Assembly: GCA_951406725.2 (NCBI GenBank)
Contig: OX597820.1
Span: 110,360,001-110,424,000 of the forward strand
Direction: 5' to 3'
DNA length: 64,000 nucleotides
DNA from: Octopus vulgaris
Lineage: Eukaryota
Positions 37,887 to 50,556 of the stretch are shown here, in pieces; position 1 is the first letter of the stretch; every line of letters starts with the position of its first letter. The notes below the pieces were generated by a model. The model searched no databases and had not been told where the DNA came from. It saw nothing but the letters and a program-made list of their open reading frames with translations. Both the position numbers and the translations under genes were made by a program.

Positions 37887-37941
37887 TACACACACACACC
37901 CAGGTATGTGTGTATGTAAATATTTATATTCAATTGAAAAG

Positions 37942-38077
37942 CATTTGGTTATAACTGGGGATCTCTGCTGACGTTTCCTGTCAACAAAACATCCAGTAGC
38001 TCTAAATTTTTTAAGATGAATAGAATTGAAAGATTCCCTTACTTGGAAAACATTAGCAACAGAGAGGATATGTGACT
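37942..38077 (+). CDS. Candidate host exon containing an in-frame TGA 2 nt before the donor (alternative acceptor at 38016)
   Basis: 44-codon open frame AFGYNWGSLLTFPVNKTSSSSKFFKMNRIERFPYLENISNREDM*, strong donor CT|GTAAGT; only weak AAG acceptors (37941, 38015). Confidence 0.35.
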
Positions 38078-38469
38078 GTAAGTCATCGTCTCAGTATAAT
38101 ATATATGTTCAGTCTATATTTGTGTGAAAAAGAAAAGACATAATTTGAGTTAATGTAAACACTATAAACTTGCAATTCATTACATCAACACTTCAAGTAT
38201 AAATTCAAGTGATATCTTCTCATTCTTTTTTTTCCATTCTTGCTGCTTTGAATACAAGGAAGTAGTGATTGACTCATTGCAGAGTAGTAACCAACCAGTG
38301 ATGCTATTGTTAACACAATCCAACAGAGAATAAATAAATGACTTCAATAGATTCAGTGAAGTGGAGCAGAAGTGACTGAGTTGTAGACATGTCAAAAGAT
38401 TTTGTTATAATGTATCATTAGATATCAGTGTTTCATCATGCATTTATGATTGATCACAGATATTCTGAT

Positions 38470-40080
38470 TGTTGTGTTGCCAATTGTCATGATGATACTA
38501 CACAGTTACAGTGTAAAAAAGTAACAATAGAACATCTAACAAAGCAGGGTAACAACAATGTTATGATCTAACAAATTCTTCACAAACTATACACGAACCA
38601 ACAAACGATATTCCAACAAACTACCAAAATGACATGACTTCCTGTGTGTAATGACTACTCTCTCTCTATCTCTCACTCAGACTGCTACTATTTATAGTAA
38701 TTCAGTGAAGTCTATCATGACTCTCACTACAACATCTCCCCCCTTTGTGATTTCAACTTCCATAGGAAACGAAATTTATTTTATTATTTTATTTTCTTTC
38801 TTCTCAACATCTCTCCCTTTTTGAAATTTTGCTTCCCTAGGGGGTTCAGTACCTTTTCCACTTAGGAGTTATATCTAAATGTTCAGTATGTTTATGTTTT
38901 CTGTTACTGCTTCTTCTAGGCTCAGCCTCTTTTGGTGCTGGCACATCAAGCATGTAAAACATTTCCACTGGAATTTCCTTCCTTTTTTCTGTATGTTTCA
39001 GTTTTAATTGATTTAGATGTTGTTTATGCTCCCATCATTGGTCCTTTATTAAATACATCATGTTTCCAATTTTTTTAGTCACTACACCATCTTTCCAACT
39101 CTCTTTACCATTTTTGTATACTTTGAAATAGACTTTGTCTCCAACATCAAAATGTTTAGGTGAATTTTTTTGTATTTTCTATATACGTTTTTTCCCTTTG
39201 CAACAATCTGTCAAAGACCAATTTAATCTTTCGAGTCAACATTAGCTCTGCAAGTGACTTGCCTGAACTGGTATTCACATTGGGTATTATTCTGTACACC
39301 CTTAAGAATTTAGTTAGCACTTCATCATTTCCTAACTCGTTCCTTGCTATTTTTAGCACTCACTTGAAAGTATCTATGAATTGTTCTGCTTGCCCATTTG
39401 GGTAGTATGAAATTACAATATTTTTCATGTTCAGCCAGCACTAATTTATGTAATTTTATGTTGTCCATCCACGACTTGCAAACTTCTCTAAAGATTTCTT
39501 CATACCTTCTAAAGTATGCTGCAAATGTTATACTCTCTGCTGAGTCATAACTGAATTCTGTTATAGAGTTCGATACACCGTTTGCCAAAAACAAACTTAT
39601 TGTGTTTCCAGACTTCTTCAGACATAGCTGTATTAACTGTTGTTGTTTCTCTTGTTGCTGAAGTATTTGTTTCTACAACTCCTGTTGCTGTTCTTGCTGC
39701 TGTTTTTGCAACTGTGTTATAGAAGCTAATAGGTCTTCCATAGTTAGCAACCTTGTATCACAAAATTTTAACTGACCTGTGTGAGCTTCGAATCTTCATT
39801 GTCAATATTGTTGTATCACAAATTGTTATGATGATACTTTTTTACACTATAACAAAACATATAACGAAATAGAGTGACAACAATGTAACAATCCAACAAC
39901 CTCTCCACGAACTATACATGAACCAACAAATGATATTCTGACAAACTATCAAAATGAGACCTTATGACTTTCTGTGATTAATGCCTACTCTCTCTCTCTC
40001 TCTCTCACTCGGACCACTATTATTTATAGTCATTTGGCCAAGTCTGTTTACGCGGGGGTGTCATGACTCTCACCACAACA
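38470..40080 (-). mobile_element. Internally deleted Ty3/gypsy (Mag-like) LTR retrotransposon
   Basis: LTRs 38470-38734 and 39809-40080 (TGTTG...CAACA), PPT aaagggggggaga, decayed PBS, TSD ctgat/ctaat; gag N-terminus fused to integrase C-terminus (NGQAEQFIDTFK..YR..P..SGKSLAELM). Confidence 0.9.
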
Positions 40081-40129
40081 CTAATAATAATAATAATACT
40101 AAAGTGGATTATTATTATTATTATTATTA

Positions 40130-40164
<35 letters not shown>

Positions 40165-40166
<2 letters not shown>

Positions 40167-40635
40167 ATGTTTGACTTTTGCTTTACATTTGTACAAGTTG
40201 GCTCCAAGTCTCACCCAGAGACCTCAAGAGACAACAGGTTGGAAGTTCGTGATGTTGTTATGTCTAGTGTGCCATATATTTGGTTTTGTATTTAGTGTTG
40301 TACTAGTGAATGTCTAAAAAAAAAAAAAAAATTATGTATGTTTTAAAACTTGAGATTACATAGAAAGTATTTTGCGTAGGATATGAGCAGTTCCCATGAG
40401 CACTATCTTTTTTTTTTCTGCCATTTTTGGGTTTCCTGGTATCTGAGTTAGGTAGCAATCAGCCCCTTTTGCTATCATTCCCAGGGCACCTATGACAACA
40501 GGTATTGTTTAGAGTCTTCAGGTTCCACATTTTGCTGATTTCTATTTCAAGATCTTTATATTTGCTCAGTTTTTGGTAGGTCTTGACAGATATGTTTATA
40601 TCGATTGGGACAGTCATATCAATGAGGAGGCATGT
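40165..40635 (-). mobile_element. R4/Dong-like LINE 3' fragment, same family as 4993-5942
   Basis: Near-identical sequence to 4995-5485; (TTA)n flanks. Confidence 0.9.
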
Positions 40636-40679
40636 TATTATTATTATTATTGTTGTTGTTGTTGTTGTATTTTACTTCT

Positions 40680-40988
40680 CAAAGCTCTTGGTCTTACTTG
40701 CTTTGGTTGATTCTGTGAGAGTGGACAGTGACCTTTTGTCAGAGGTCTCACAGTGTCTCTGTCCACAAATTATAAGACTTGGTACTTAGATGTTAACTAT
40801 CATGGAAGATTCTCAACACCCAATCTCCAGTTTCAAAATCTTAACTCTCCCCAATAGAGTAGTTTTTTTGGGCCTGCTCTGCCTTCATGTCAATTCCAAT
40901 TTCTCCAACATATTTTTCAAACTTGGTTGTTAGTGCTTCAATTGCCCCTACAACTACTGGGATAACAGTTACTTTCCTCACTGCCCAC

Positions 40989-40990
<2 letters not shown>
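40680..40990 (-). mobile_element. R4/Dong-like LINE extreme 3' fragment
   Basis: W..RKVTVIPVVVGAI motif on the minus strand; (TTA)n/(TTG)n flanks. Confidence 0.6.
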
Positions 40991-41034
<44 letters not shown>

Positions 41035-41588
41035 GAGTGAGAGAGCAGTTCATGCCATCAAAGTGACACTGGGGTAAAATATACGAAGCCCAATATACCC
41101 ATCATGACTACCTGTCTGATAAGGGTACACCAGGCACATGCATCACAACCATATGTGCGCGACATGGTGATCTCATATCAGGATAAACAGCACATGACCT
41201 TGCAGGTGGGGCCCAGTTAGAATTTTCTTCAGGTTGAGTAGCCCATCCCGCTCAAAAGGTCCCTGCATAAGGGTTGTTTAAGGATGTTGAAAGAACCACC
41301 CATGTTTCCAGAGGTGAATCATCCAAACCCCAAAGAATCCCTCTCAACACATGGCTATGATGCTCCCCCACTACATCTGCTCGTGATCAGAGATGCACAT
41401 ATCGTCAGCCACTAAGGGACATGCTCAACTGGTTAAGGTCAAACAACTGACAAGCAAATCTGTGGTATTGAGCAGAATATTTGCTGTAGCCCATCTTTTA
41501 TACCAAGACAAAACAATGTACATGATAACACTTCCAATCAGTTAAGATCAGAAGCCATGAGAGCCACTGCCTGGTACTGCATCAGGGC

Positions 41589-41592
<4 letters not shown>
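41035..41592. repeat. Unclassified ~560-bp non-coding interspersed element inserted in (TTA)n
   Basis: Long (TTA)n on both sides; second partial copy at 8750-9005; no ORF. Confidence 0.8.
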
Positions 41593-41642
<50 letters not shown>

Positions 41643-43300
41643 CATTATTATCATTATTATTATTTTAATTTTTATTGTTGCATTGGTAAAATGCTTTACA
41701 GTATTTCTTCTAATACTTAATGCTAGCTCTTTTTTCAATAACTATGTAAACTTTAAAATTATGCACAATACTTAATTAAAATGTATACTACCCTTATGCA
41801 AAATTATTGCTAAAATTAACTGGACATTTATTATTGTACATTATAAGTAAAAATAGAGTATCTCTTAAAAATCTGGAACAGTATTTGCTCAATAGTTGCC
41901 ATTGAAAGTAAAGAAATTTTACAGAAATGTAAACTCTGAAGACAGGAATTAAGCATAGAGAAAATGCAAACAAAAACAAAGATATCCAGTCATCAGCTGT
42001 TGACTGAAGTCCTGCAGTTTTAGCACATTAACAACAGTACTGTTAGCTTCAGTATGTCAATAAATTTGCAGAAACTTTTTACTGTGGAATGGTTTAGTGA
42101 AGATAGGACAATAACAATGAACTGAGACATTGTGTTTACAGTATCACAGGACATGGCAACAGATATTTGTGAATATAAGAGAAAATATGAAAAAAAATAA
42201 CATCCTACAAATCAAAAAGGACAAAGAGAAAATAAATTTTTCAGCTGAGTCAAACAAGACAAGGGACAAAATAATAAGGATACTAAACAACCAGTTAAAG
42301 TCTTTTTGTTAAAACAGAACAGAACAAACCAGCAGGGGAGGCTGAGTGAAAAGAAATAATTGATTCTGAACATTAACTTTTCAATGAAGAGAAGTGAAGA
42401 AGGTAACAATAAAGAATTAGAATTAAGTATGGCTGAGTTTGAAAAGGAACAGAGTGTAGGCTGGAGAATTATGGAAATGAAGATGGAATACTGGGACAGA
42501 AGAAATACCAGGCAGAGAAGGAGAGGCAATAGGAGAGAGAAAGACAGTGAGTGTGACAGAAGAATGGATAAAGAAAGAGAAAATGATGAATGGTAGTCAG
42601 AGAGACCATAAACAATGTTAGTCAAAGAAATCAGTGTTCTGTTACAATCAAAACAGAAAAATTTAGTGCAGAGAATAAACCAAATGAAATGGGTATTGTA
42701 AAACACAAGAATGAACACAATTTTTCTTTTATCATCTGTTGACAAGTTCCACAGTTATGGTTTTGGCATGTTAACTACAAGATATTTATGGTGGGGGGGG
42801 GGTCCAACAATGAGAATGAATGTAGATAAGTAATGTTGTGAGATGGAAATGTACATAAAGTAATGTAACTTGTAATCCCAAAACTCTGAGATTACCAAAA
42901 GAATTCATTTGAATTAACTAAGATTCAAAATGGACAAAATACATTAATTTGGTCTCATGTTGTCTAGTGTTTAAAACTACGCATATAAGGCTTTCATCCT
43001 ACTCACTGACAATATAAACACAATTTTGTACTGTTCTAACAAAGCTACCCAAGAAACCCTTATTTATAGATTACACTTTAATCTGAACCCCCTACTCAAA
43101 ATTATATCCAATTGTATTTAATAGGATATGCTAATGTATAATATATATTAGTGTTTGTTTCTTTCTTTTCATTATTTTCCAAAGTGACATTTATTCAAAA
43201 TTTTTTTCTTTTTACTACCATCTATTTTTTCATTCAATTTTAATGAAATCGAATGTTTAAGGTACCCTGTTACTAGACTAGGATGTTTAATTCTCAATTA

Positions 43301-44570
43301 TTAGGTCATCTAGTATGAAATTTGTAGACAGCTGCTCATTTTGTGCCATCATTATATTTGGACAATCTTTATTTTTTGCTAGAAAGCTAGCTGACACATC
43401 TATTTCTTTATTCTAACTCATTTTGTACTTTATAAAGTATTTGTAAATTGTTTTTTGCTACTTTTGTTTAGAGATGAATAAGTCGGAAATTCATACAGTT
43501 TTGAAATATGAGTTTTTTCTTGGAAATACAGCATCACAGACAACTCAAAATATTAATGGAGTATTTCATTCTAATACACAGCAGACAGTATCAAATTGGT
43601 TTGCAAAATTTTGTTCTGGTAACTTTGACCTCACAAATGAGCAATGCGGTCAATCAGAAACAAAGGTGGATGATGACAATCTGAAAGCCACCATCGAGTG
43701 AGATCCATCTCAAAGTACCCGTGAATTATCATTGTTGTTTGGTGTTAGCAAGCAAACAATATTGACTCACCTAGTTCAAATTGGTAAAGTGAAAAAGTTG
43801 GATAAGTGGGTTCCACATGAACTCAATGAAAATCAGAAACAGCAACGTTTGGAAGCCTGCATTATGCTACTTTCTTGCCACAAAAAGGAATCATTTTTGA
43901 ATCGAATTGTATCATGTGATGAGAAATGGATCCAATACAACAACCATAAATGTTCAGCACAATAGTTGGACAAAGATGAACCACCAAAACACAGTCCAGA
44001 ACGCAAAATTCATCAAAAGAAGCTGATGGTGTATGTTTGGTGATCTGACGCAGGTGTGATCCATTATGATTTCATTAAACTGGCTCATCAATCATAGCCA
44101 AATGAAACTTACAAAAAACAGCCTAGATTAGTCAACAGATCCTACTCCTATTTTATTTCAAGACAATGCCAGACTACACATCACAAAAATGACATTGGTG
44201 AAATTACAGGATTTGGAGTTGGAAGTTCTCCATCATCCACCATGAAAAAGAGAATCAGAAAAAATAGCTGGAAATGATGTTGAGCAAACAGCTTCGAAAA
44301 TGCTCTCCTGATCTTGCCCCCACTGACTACCACTTCTTCCAGAATTTGGATAACTTTTTGATAGGAAAAAAATTTAATTCTGACGATGTTGTAAAATAGG
44401 TCTTCCAAAATTTTATTGACTCTAGACTGCCAGGCTGGACAAGCTACCGCTGAAATGGCAAAAGTGTATTGACAAAGTGTGCATACTTTGATGAATAAAA
44501 CTATTTCTTGTATTTATAAAGCATTAGCAAGCTTTTTTCTTTTCTGCAAATTTCATACTTGATGACTTAA
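43301..44570 (+). mobile_element. Mariner (DD34D) transposon, full length, decayed
   Basis: TA + ttaggtcatctagtatgaaatttgtaga / tctgcaaatttcatacttgatgacttaa + TA; WVPHEL, CDEKW, QDNAR, SPDLAPTDYH. Confidence 0.93.
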
Positions 44571-44887
44571 TACTATATTCATCTAGTTACATATAGATAC
44601 CATGAAATGAAATTAAGCTACTTCTAAAAGCTGTAAGCTGTTAAAAATGACTTTCAAACTATTTTACTTGCTTCAATACTAGGTTCATATTCTCCTATAA
44701 ATTTTATTTTGAGAAGACTAACCTCTACTAGCTTCACTTTCCATTGATATTCTACAGAAAGATTAAAGGGGACATTTAACACATAATATACAGATGATCA
44801 GAAATGGGATAAAATATATGCTTTTTTTACTTCTTAATTTTACTATTACATATACTGTTGTTACAAATATTATATTTTTTATTTCAG

Positions 44888-44966
44888 ATCTTCACCAAGC
44901 CTTCGTACTTCCGTTAAAAATCTGTTGGTGCCACCACATCGAGAATGTCAGGCTGTTATCAACTAG
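44888..44966 (+). CDS. Candidate terminal host exon (coding if entered in phase 2), followed by AT-rich 3' UTR
   Basis: Strong acceptor tatattttttatttcag|, frame SSPSLRTSVKNLLVPPHRECQAVIN*, AATAAA at 45143-45148. Confidence 0.45.
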
Positions 44967-45743
44967 TCCAACGTTTTATATATATATGGAAAATATTACA
45001 TAAATATTTTCAGTGCCTTGTGGAAATCAGTATTGTACACTGAAACTTCCTTTTAAGTATTTCGAAGCTGTTTGCTCAACATCATTTCCAGCTATTTTTT
45101 CTGATTCTCTTTTTCATTTCATTTCATTTTTTTTAAATGTCAAATAAAGAAGAAGAGAAGCTAATTTTTAGAGTTAATACTGTATATTTTTAAAATTTCC
45201 AAATTAGAACTGAATTTAAAACAAAGAAAATTAAATTATTGAATATTGATAAAATCTTATTTTATTGCCACAAAAATTTAGTTGAAGACGTCATAATATT
45301 AAAAACTTCATTATCAAAATATTGAATATTTATTGCAATAAGTATGTTTTTATTTATCTGTAAAAATGAAAACACATGACAAAATCTTGGTTTAAATTTC
45401 TGCGTTACAGAGCCAATTATCCGTAGCACTTGTTTTGCTAAAATATTTAGCCTATTGGTCTTTGTTAAATTTATAAGCTATAGACACTAATATGGCCATC
45501 TTATTGCTATAAAATGAAGAATTTATGTATTTAGAGATTTGTTCATATTTTTGATAATAAATATTTTTTCATGTGTCATTTCTCATGAGCTTCTATAAAA
45601 TTCCTATTGTACATGCCTCTCCATATTTACTTAAAAATATATTTGTTAGTAGATTATACAGAAAATAATTTTGTTCTAAAGCTGGTTGAAAGTATTCACC
45701 TCTATTTTCTCTTAAAACAGAAATATACATGTTAGCATACTTA

Positions 45744-45779
<36 letters not shown>

Positions 45780-45905
45780 CACACAAGAGTAAGCACATAA
45801 ATGTGTGATGAGGTGGGAAAAAATAGTACTCATATACCGGAGGTAGAATAATATGCTTTATTATTATTAAAACTACAAAAACATCACAAAAATATCACAA
45901 AAAAC

Positions 45906-45943
45906 CTGCTACTCAGAGTTTCACGTTCCTGTTCATCGGACAG
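45906..45943 (-). ncRNA. Minimal type I hammerhead (U4C)
   Basis: CUGU CCGAUGA AC AGGAAC GU GAAAC UCUGA GUA GCAG. Confidence 0.65.
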
Positions 45944-46596
45944 ATGTGATCCTGAATAGAATAAGAATTAGGTTATGAGTATAATTTATATTATATTGAC
46001 AGATATACATTTGAATTTGATTGGTCATTTCAACTAATGGTTTTTCAAAAGCATAGTAGCTAGGGCAGTAAATGTAAATAATAAAAGCAAAAGATGTAAA
46101 TATACGTATAAAATTGAAGAAAACCTTGAACCAAAAAGAAATTTCTTAGTTAAAAAGAAATCATATGTGTTCTGAGTAAATTAATTAATAGTAATAAGTA
46201 ATTAATAATAAATGTCAGTCTGTCTTTAAAAAAACTTTAAAAACAATTTTTTTTTAAATTAAAAAAATTGACCTTCTGATTTGGGAAAGCTCATAGATAT
46301 TGATTAAAAACAGTAAAGGTTTATTTTTATATAAGCAACTCATACACACACATACATATAAAAGATACACATATAAAAACTATATACCCATACATAGGAA
46401 ATACATGTGCATATATTCACATAACTACATAAACACCTGCTTGTACATAAGTATACATGTACCTACACAGATGCATACAAATTCAAGAATATATACACAT
46501 AGGCATACATACAAATAGACTGATGCATAATTATACATATATTTACAAACACATATTCACATACAGATATGCATACATACTTATATGTACATATAT

Positions 46597-46643
<47 letters not shown>

Positions 46644-46767
46644 TACATACACACATAGACTTACACGTAAACATACATACACACATAAAAACATATTCAC
46701 TAACAGATATCTTTATACATAAATACATAGGCACATTTTTCACATACGTATGCATACATGCATCATA

Positions 46768-48061
46768 CGAGGGGTGTTCAATAAGTAATGCCCCTGACCC
46801 ACTTCCCATAGTAGTAGAGCAACGAAACTTGGCAAAGTTATTAGTCTTTTTCTACATAGGAACCACCCAGAGTTACGCATTTCTCCCATCGTTTGATGCA
46901 GCTCTGGAGACCGTTTTTGTAGAAGACCCCAGTTTGATCCTCCAACCACGACATGACTTCAGAAATCAAGGCTGCATCATCTGGGAAACGCTTTCCTTTC
47001 AAAAACAACTTCATGGCTGGGAAGAGGTGAAAATCAGAGGGTGCAAGGTCAGGAGAGTAGGGGGATGGGGAGGAGTTCATAGCCGCACGCCTGTGCTTCT
47101 GATCTGGCGACAAGCGAGTTGTGGACCGGAGCGTTGTCCTGCAGGAGGAGGATGCCTTTGCTGATCTTGCCCCGCCTCTTGATTTTGATAACTTCTCTTA
47201 ATTTCTTCAAAAGTGAAGCATAATAGGCTCCTGTAATTGTGGTACCCTTTGCCAGGAAATCTGTCATCACTACTCCGTCCTGGTCCCAGAAGACTGTGAG
47301 CATGACCTTGCCAGCGGAGGGCTGTACCCTTGCCTTCTTTGGAGGAGGTGAGTCACAGTGATTCCACTGCATTGACTGGGCTTTGGTCTATGGATCATAG
47401 TGATGGACCCAGGTTTCATCCTGTGTAATCAGTCTTTTGAAAAATTTTGACTCATCTTCTTGGCACATCTCCAAATTCATCCTCAAGCACTCGACGCGTT
47501 CTTGCTTCTGGAAAGGTGTGAGCAACATGGGAATCCATCTAGCAGACACCTTTTGCATATGCAAATGGTCATGAATGATAGTTTCCACAGACCCGGTACT
47601 AATCTTGACCTCATGGGCTATTTGGCGAATAGTTATGCGTCGATCTTCCAAAATGGCAGCCTCAACTTGACGGACAGATGCCTCATCAATGGCAGAAGGG
47701 GGGGGGCGACCAGATCAGGGAGCTGTTTCCACAGAGTTCCAACCATGTTTGAATCCACGATGCCATCGTTTTACAAGGTCATATGATGGGGCATCATCAC
47801 CATAAGTTACTTTCATTTCATCAAAAGTCTCCCGTGGTGTGCGTCCTTTCAAATACAAAAACCGGATCACTGCTCGACACTCAACAGGCTCCATTTCACA
47901 CTTGACTCAGTTCAAACACCTGTAAATCAGAAACCACAATTAGTTCAGAGCTGTAATTTGCCACTTAATCTATAGAGATATGAATAATTGCACATGCAAA
48001 ATTTCAGCTAGATCAAACAACTGCAAGTGGATCAGGGGCATTACTTATTGAACGCCCCTCG
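46768..48061 (-). mobile_element. Mariner (DD34D) transposon, younger copy; transposase pseudogene 46841-47894
   Basis: TA + cgaggggtgttcaataagtaatgcccctgacccactt / aagtggatcaggggcattacttattgaacgcccctcg + TA; ITQDETW, LLQDNAPVH, YSPDLAPSDFHLF; a few stops and frameshifts. Confidence 0.96.
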
Positions 48062-48652
48062 TATATATTTGCACACACTATAACCAAACATATACATACA
48101 TATATGTGTGAACACATACAAAAGCTCATACATACATAACAACTTATACAGGCAAACATATGTATATATATATACTAATGTATACACAGATGTCTACATA
48201 AACATATATACACAATATGTCTCTGTGCGTAAATGTGTTAATACTCACACTTGTATACATAATATACATCTAACACACACAATACATACATAATACACAT
48301 CTAACACATACAACATTTGCCATTTAAAACAGACTTATATTTATTATTAATTATTCATTTACCACTAATTAACTGACTCTGAACATGTATGATTTCTTTT
48401 TAACCTAGAAATTTCTTTTTGATTCTAAGTTTTCTTCGATTTTATACAACACAATATTTATGCCTTTTATTTTTCTTCTTATTTTTATTTTATTATTTAC
48501 ATTTACTGTCCCAGCTTCTATGCTTTTGAAAACCCGTTAGTTGACATGACCAATCAAATTCAAATGTGTATCTGTCAATGTGAATTACATCACAATATAA
48601 AATATAATATAAATTATATGTATAACTTAATTCTTATTCCATTCAGGATCGC

Positions 48653-48694
48653 AACTGCCTGACAAACAGGGGCATGAAACACTGAGTAGCAGTT
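48653..48694 (+). ncRNA. Minimal type I hammerhead (G8A), partner copy
   Basis: AACUGC CUGACAA AC AGGGGC AU GAAAC ACUGA GUA GCAGUU. Confidence 0.6.
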
Positions 48695-50325
48695 TTTTAT
48701 ACATATATAAATAAATTTATATATATATTCATGTCCTATCTCTATGTAACATTACAGTTTATTGTTTTACTTTGGAAAATCTGCACATTTTCCCCTTTCC
48801 CCACCATCTATTTAGATTTCAAATGTACCTAGCTTCTTGTTAGGATGATCAAAATTCTTCTTTATCATGACATAACTGTAGTAACTGTCATAATATAGCA
48901 GCAACTTGTCTTAATGCCTAATTTTACAACAGTAGACTATTATACTGTAACTGTTATATAATAACATAAACCATATGTTGTTTATATTATCTTAGCAATG
49001 AGTTGATCCTATTAGGATGTTAGTTATTTTACAACCATGAAGTTTTGTACTGTGAGTACTATTGCAGCAGTAAGCTAGTCCCTGAATTGTTGTGATATTT
49101 ACAATATCAGTATTATAAAGGCTGGTCATTGTAAAGTCAGTTATATTGCAATTAATTGTCATACTATAGCAACAGCATTGGGTATTTATATTTTTTACAT
49201 AAATTTTAGAAAGCAAAATATATGTTCAAATATTTTTAGAACAAAAGTGTTTTTTTGTTTCATTTCCACTTATTAATTTGAATGAAAATCTAGAAACCAT
49301 TGTTAAATGGAATAAAACAAATCCAGCATTACAGAATTCATATGAATGTTATATAAATTTTATGTAAAGATAAGTGTTTTGTAAATAATACTAACATTGC
49401 TGTTTTTAATCTACTTGCAGTTTCCTTCATAGTTATGAATATATTAATGATTAATCTTCTTTAGAATCAGACACTAGTCTTTGATGGGTTATTTCTTTTT
49501 TTCCACCTTCGAAAACTGTTACATATTTTATCAACAATAGACTGTGTGTTAAATATTTTTTCTATGAATATAATTTGTCATCTGCATCAAAATGTACAAA
49601 CCATTCATGATACAAATTTGCATGACAGAAAGGAAAAAGATTGGATCAAATTAGTTTTTGTGATGCTGATGTTTGATGGGGGGAGGGAGTTCCACCTAGA
49701 TGCAATGTAAATGCGAACTACTTTCAGCCAAGGAAATTATATATTATAAATCAATGCAACTAAGAAATTTTTTAGTTATAAGTTTTTTGTAAATCCTTTA
49801 CTCAAGAAGGAAAGCATTGTTCATGTTCTCTTACAGAGCTCCAAGGCTGATGGGAGGAAGATATTCTCAAACTGAAGTTTTGGACCAAGTGCTTGCAATA
49901 AAGTAGACTCTGCTAAAGACAGCTGTGCCAGTTGTTGGTGTTAAAACCAGGAGACAGGTTAAGTCTACTACCTATGGAAACTTTAACACAAGACACAAAG
50001 AATCAGAACAAAGCATCTGGTCTGATGTTCACCCACACACAGCTGAATAGATAGCTAGATAGACAGACAGACAGGCAGACAGACAAACAGACAGATAGAT
50101 AAATGTGTGTGTGTTATGTGTATTTACAACCAAGGAGAATGGTTATAATTATAGGAACTCTGTGGATATTTGTTGATTTTCAGGCAGGTGTTTGATATAA
50201 TCTCCAGATTTTCACCTGTTGGATAGCCTGTACTAGTGGATGAGCATAATTAGCTAAACTGAAAGGTTAACACTCAAATGAAATTAGTGTTTGGTGAGGG
50301 TCGGTCTTCTATTAAAATCGAAGCT

Positions 50326-50420
50326 GAGGTTTGTCATATCACTCAAGTTTCATGCCATTGCAACCTCAGGTTTCACATGAAGATTGTAGTGGCATGAGAC
50401 TTGAGTTGCAAGATAAACTC
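50326..50420. repeat. Small fold-back made of two inverted hammerhead-like cores
   Basis: Minus CUGAGG UUGC AAUG GCAU GAAAC UUGA GUG; plus AUGAAGA UUGU AGUG GCAU GAGAC UUGA GUU. Confidence 0.6.
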
Positions 50421-50503
50421 TCTCAGTTTAAATGAAAAATTTTTTTTAAACCATGTCCTCTATGTGTATTTAGTACTTTTTTTTCATTTGTTTGACATTA
50501 AGC

Positions 50504-50553
<50 letters not shown>

Positions 50554-50556
<3 letters not shown>

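Larger units (their letters stand above)
45790..48697. mobile_element. Non-coding PLE-derived element: inverted pLTR pair (45900-46230 and 48323-48697) around CA/TA-rich filler, with nested mariner
   Basis: ~330-370 bp diverged inverted arms, each ending in a hammerhead motif; left arm carries an extra 3' tail with AATAAA on the minus strand. Confidence 0.75.

Noticed and set aside
42000-42760. Purine-rich ORFs and a 177-aa hydrophobic antisense ORF
   Set aside because: Compositional artefact, probably an old repeat; no recognisable domain or splice structure.
46841-47894. SETMAR-like gene or active transposase
   Set aside because: No SET domain; bounded by TIRs and TA; contains stops and frameshifts.
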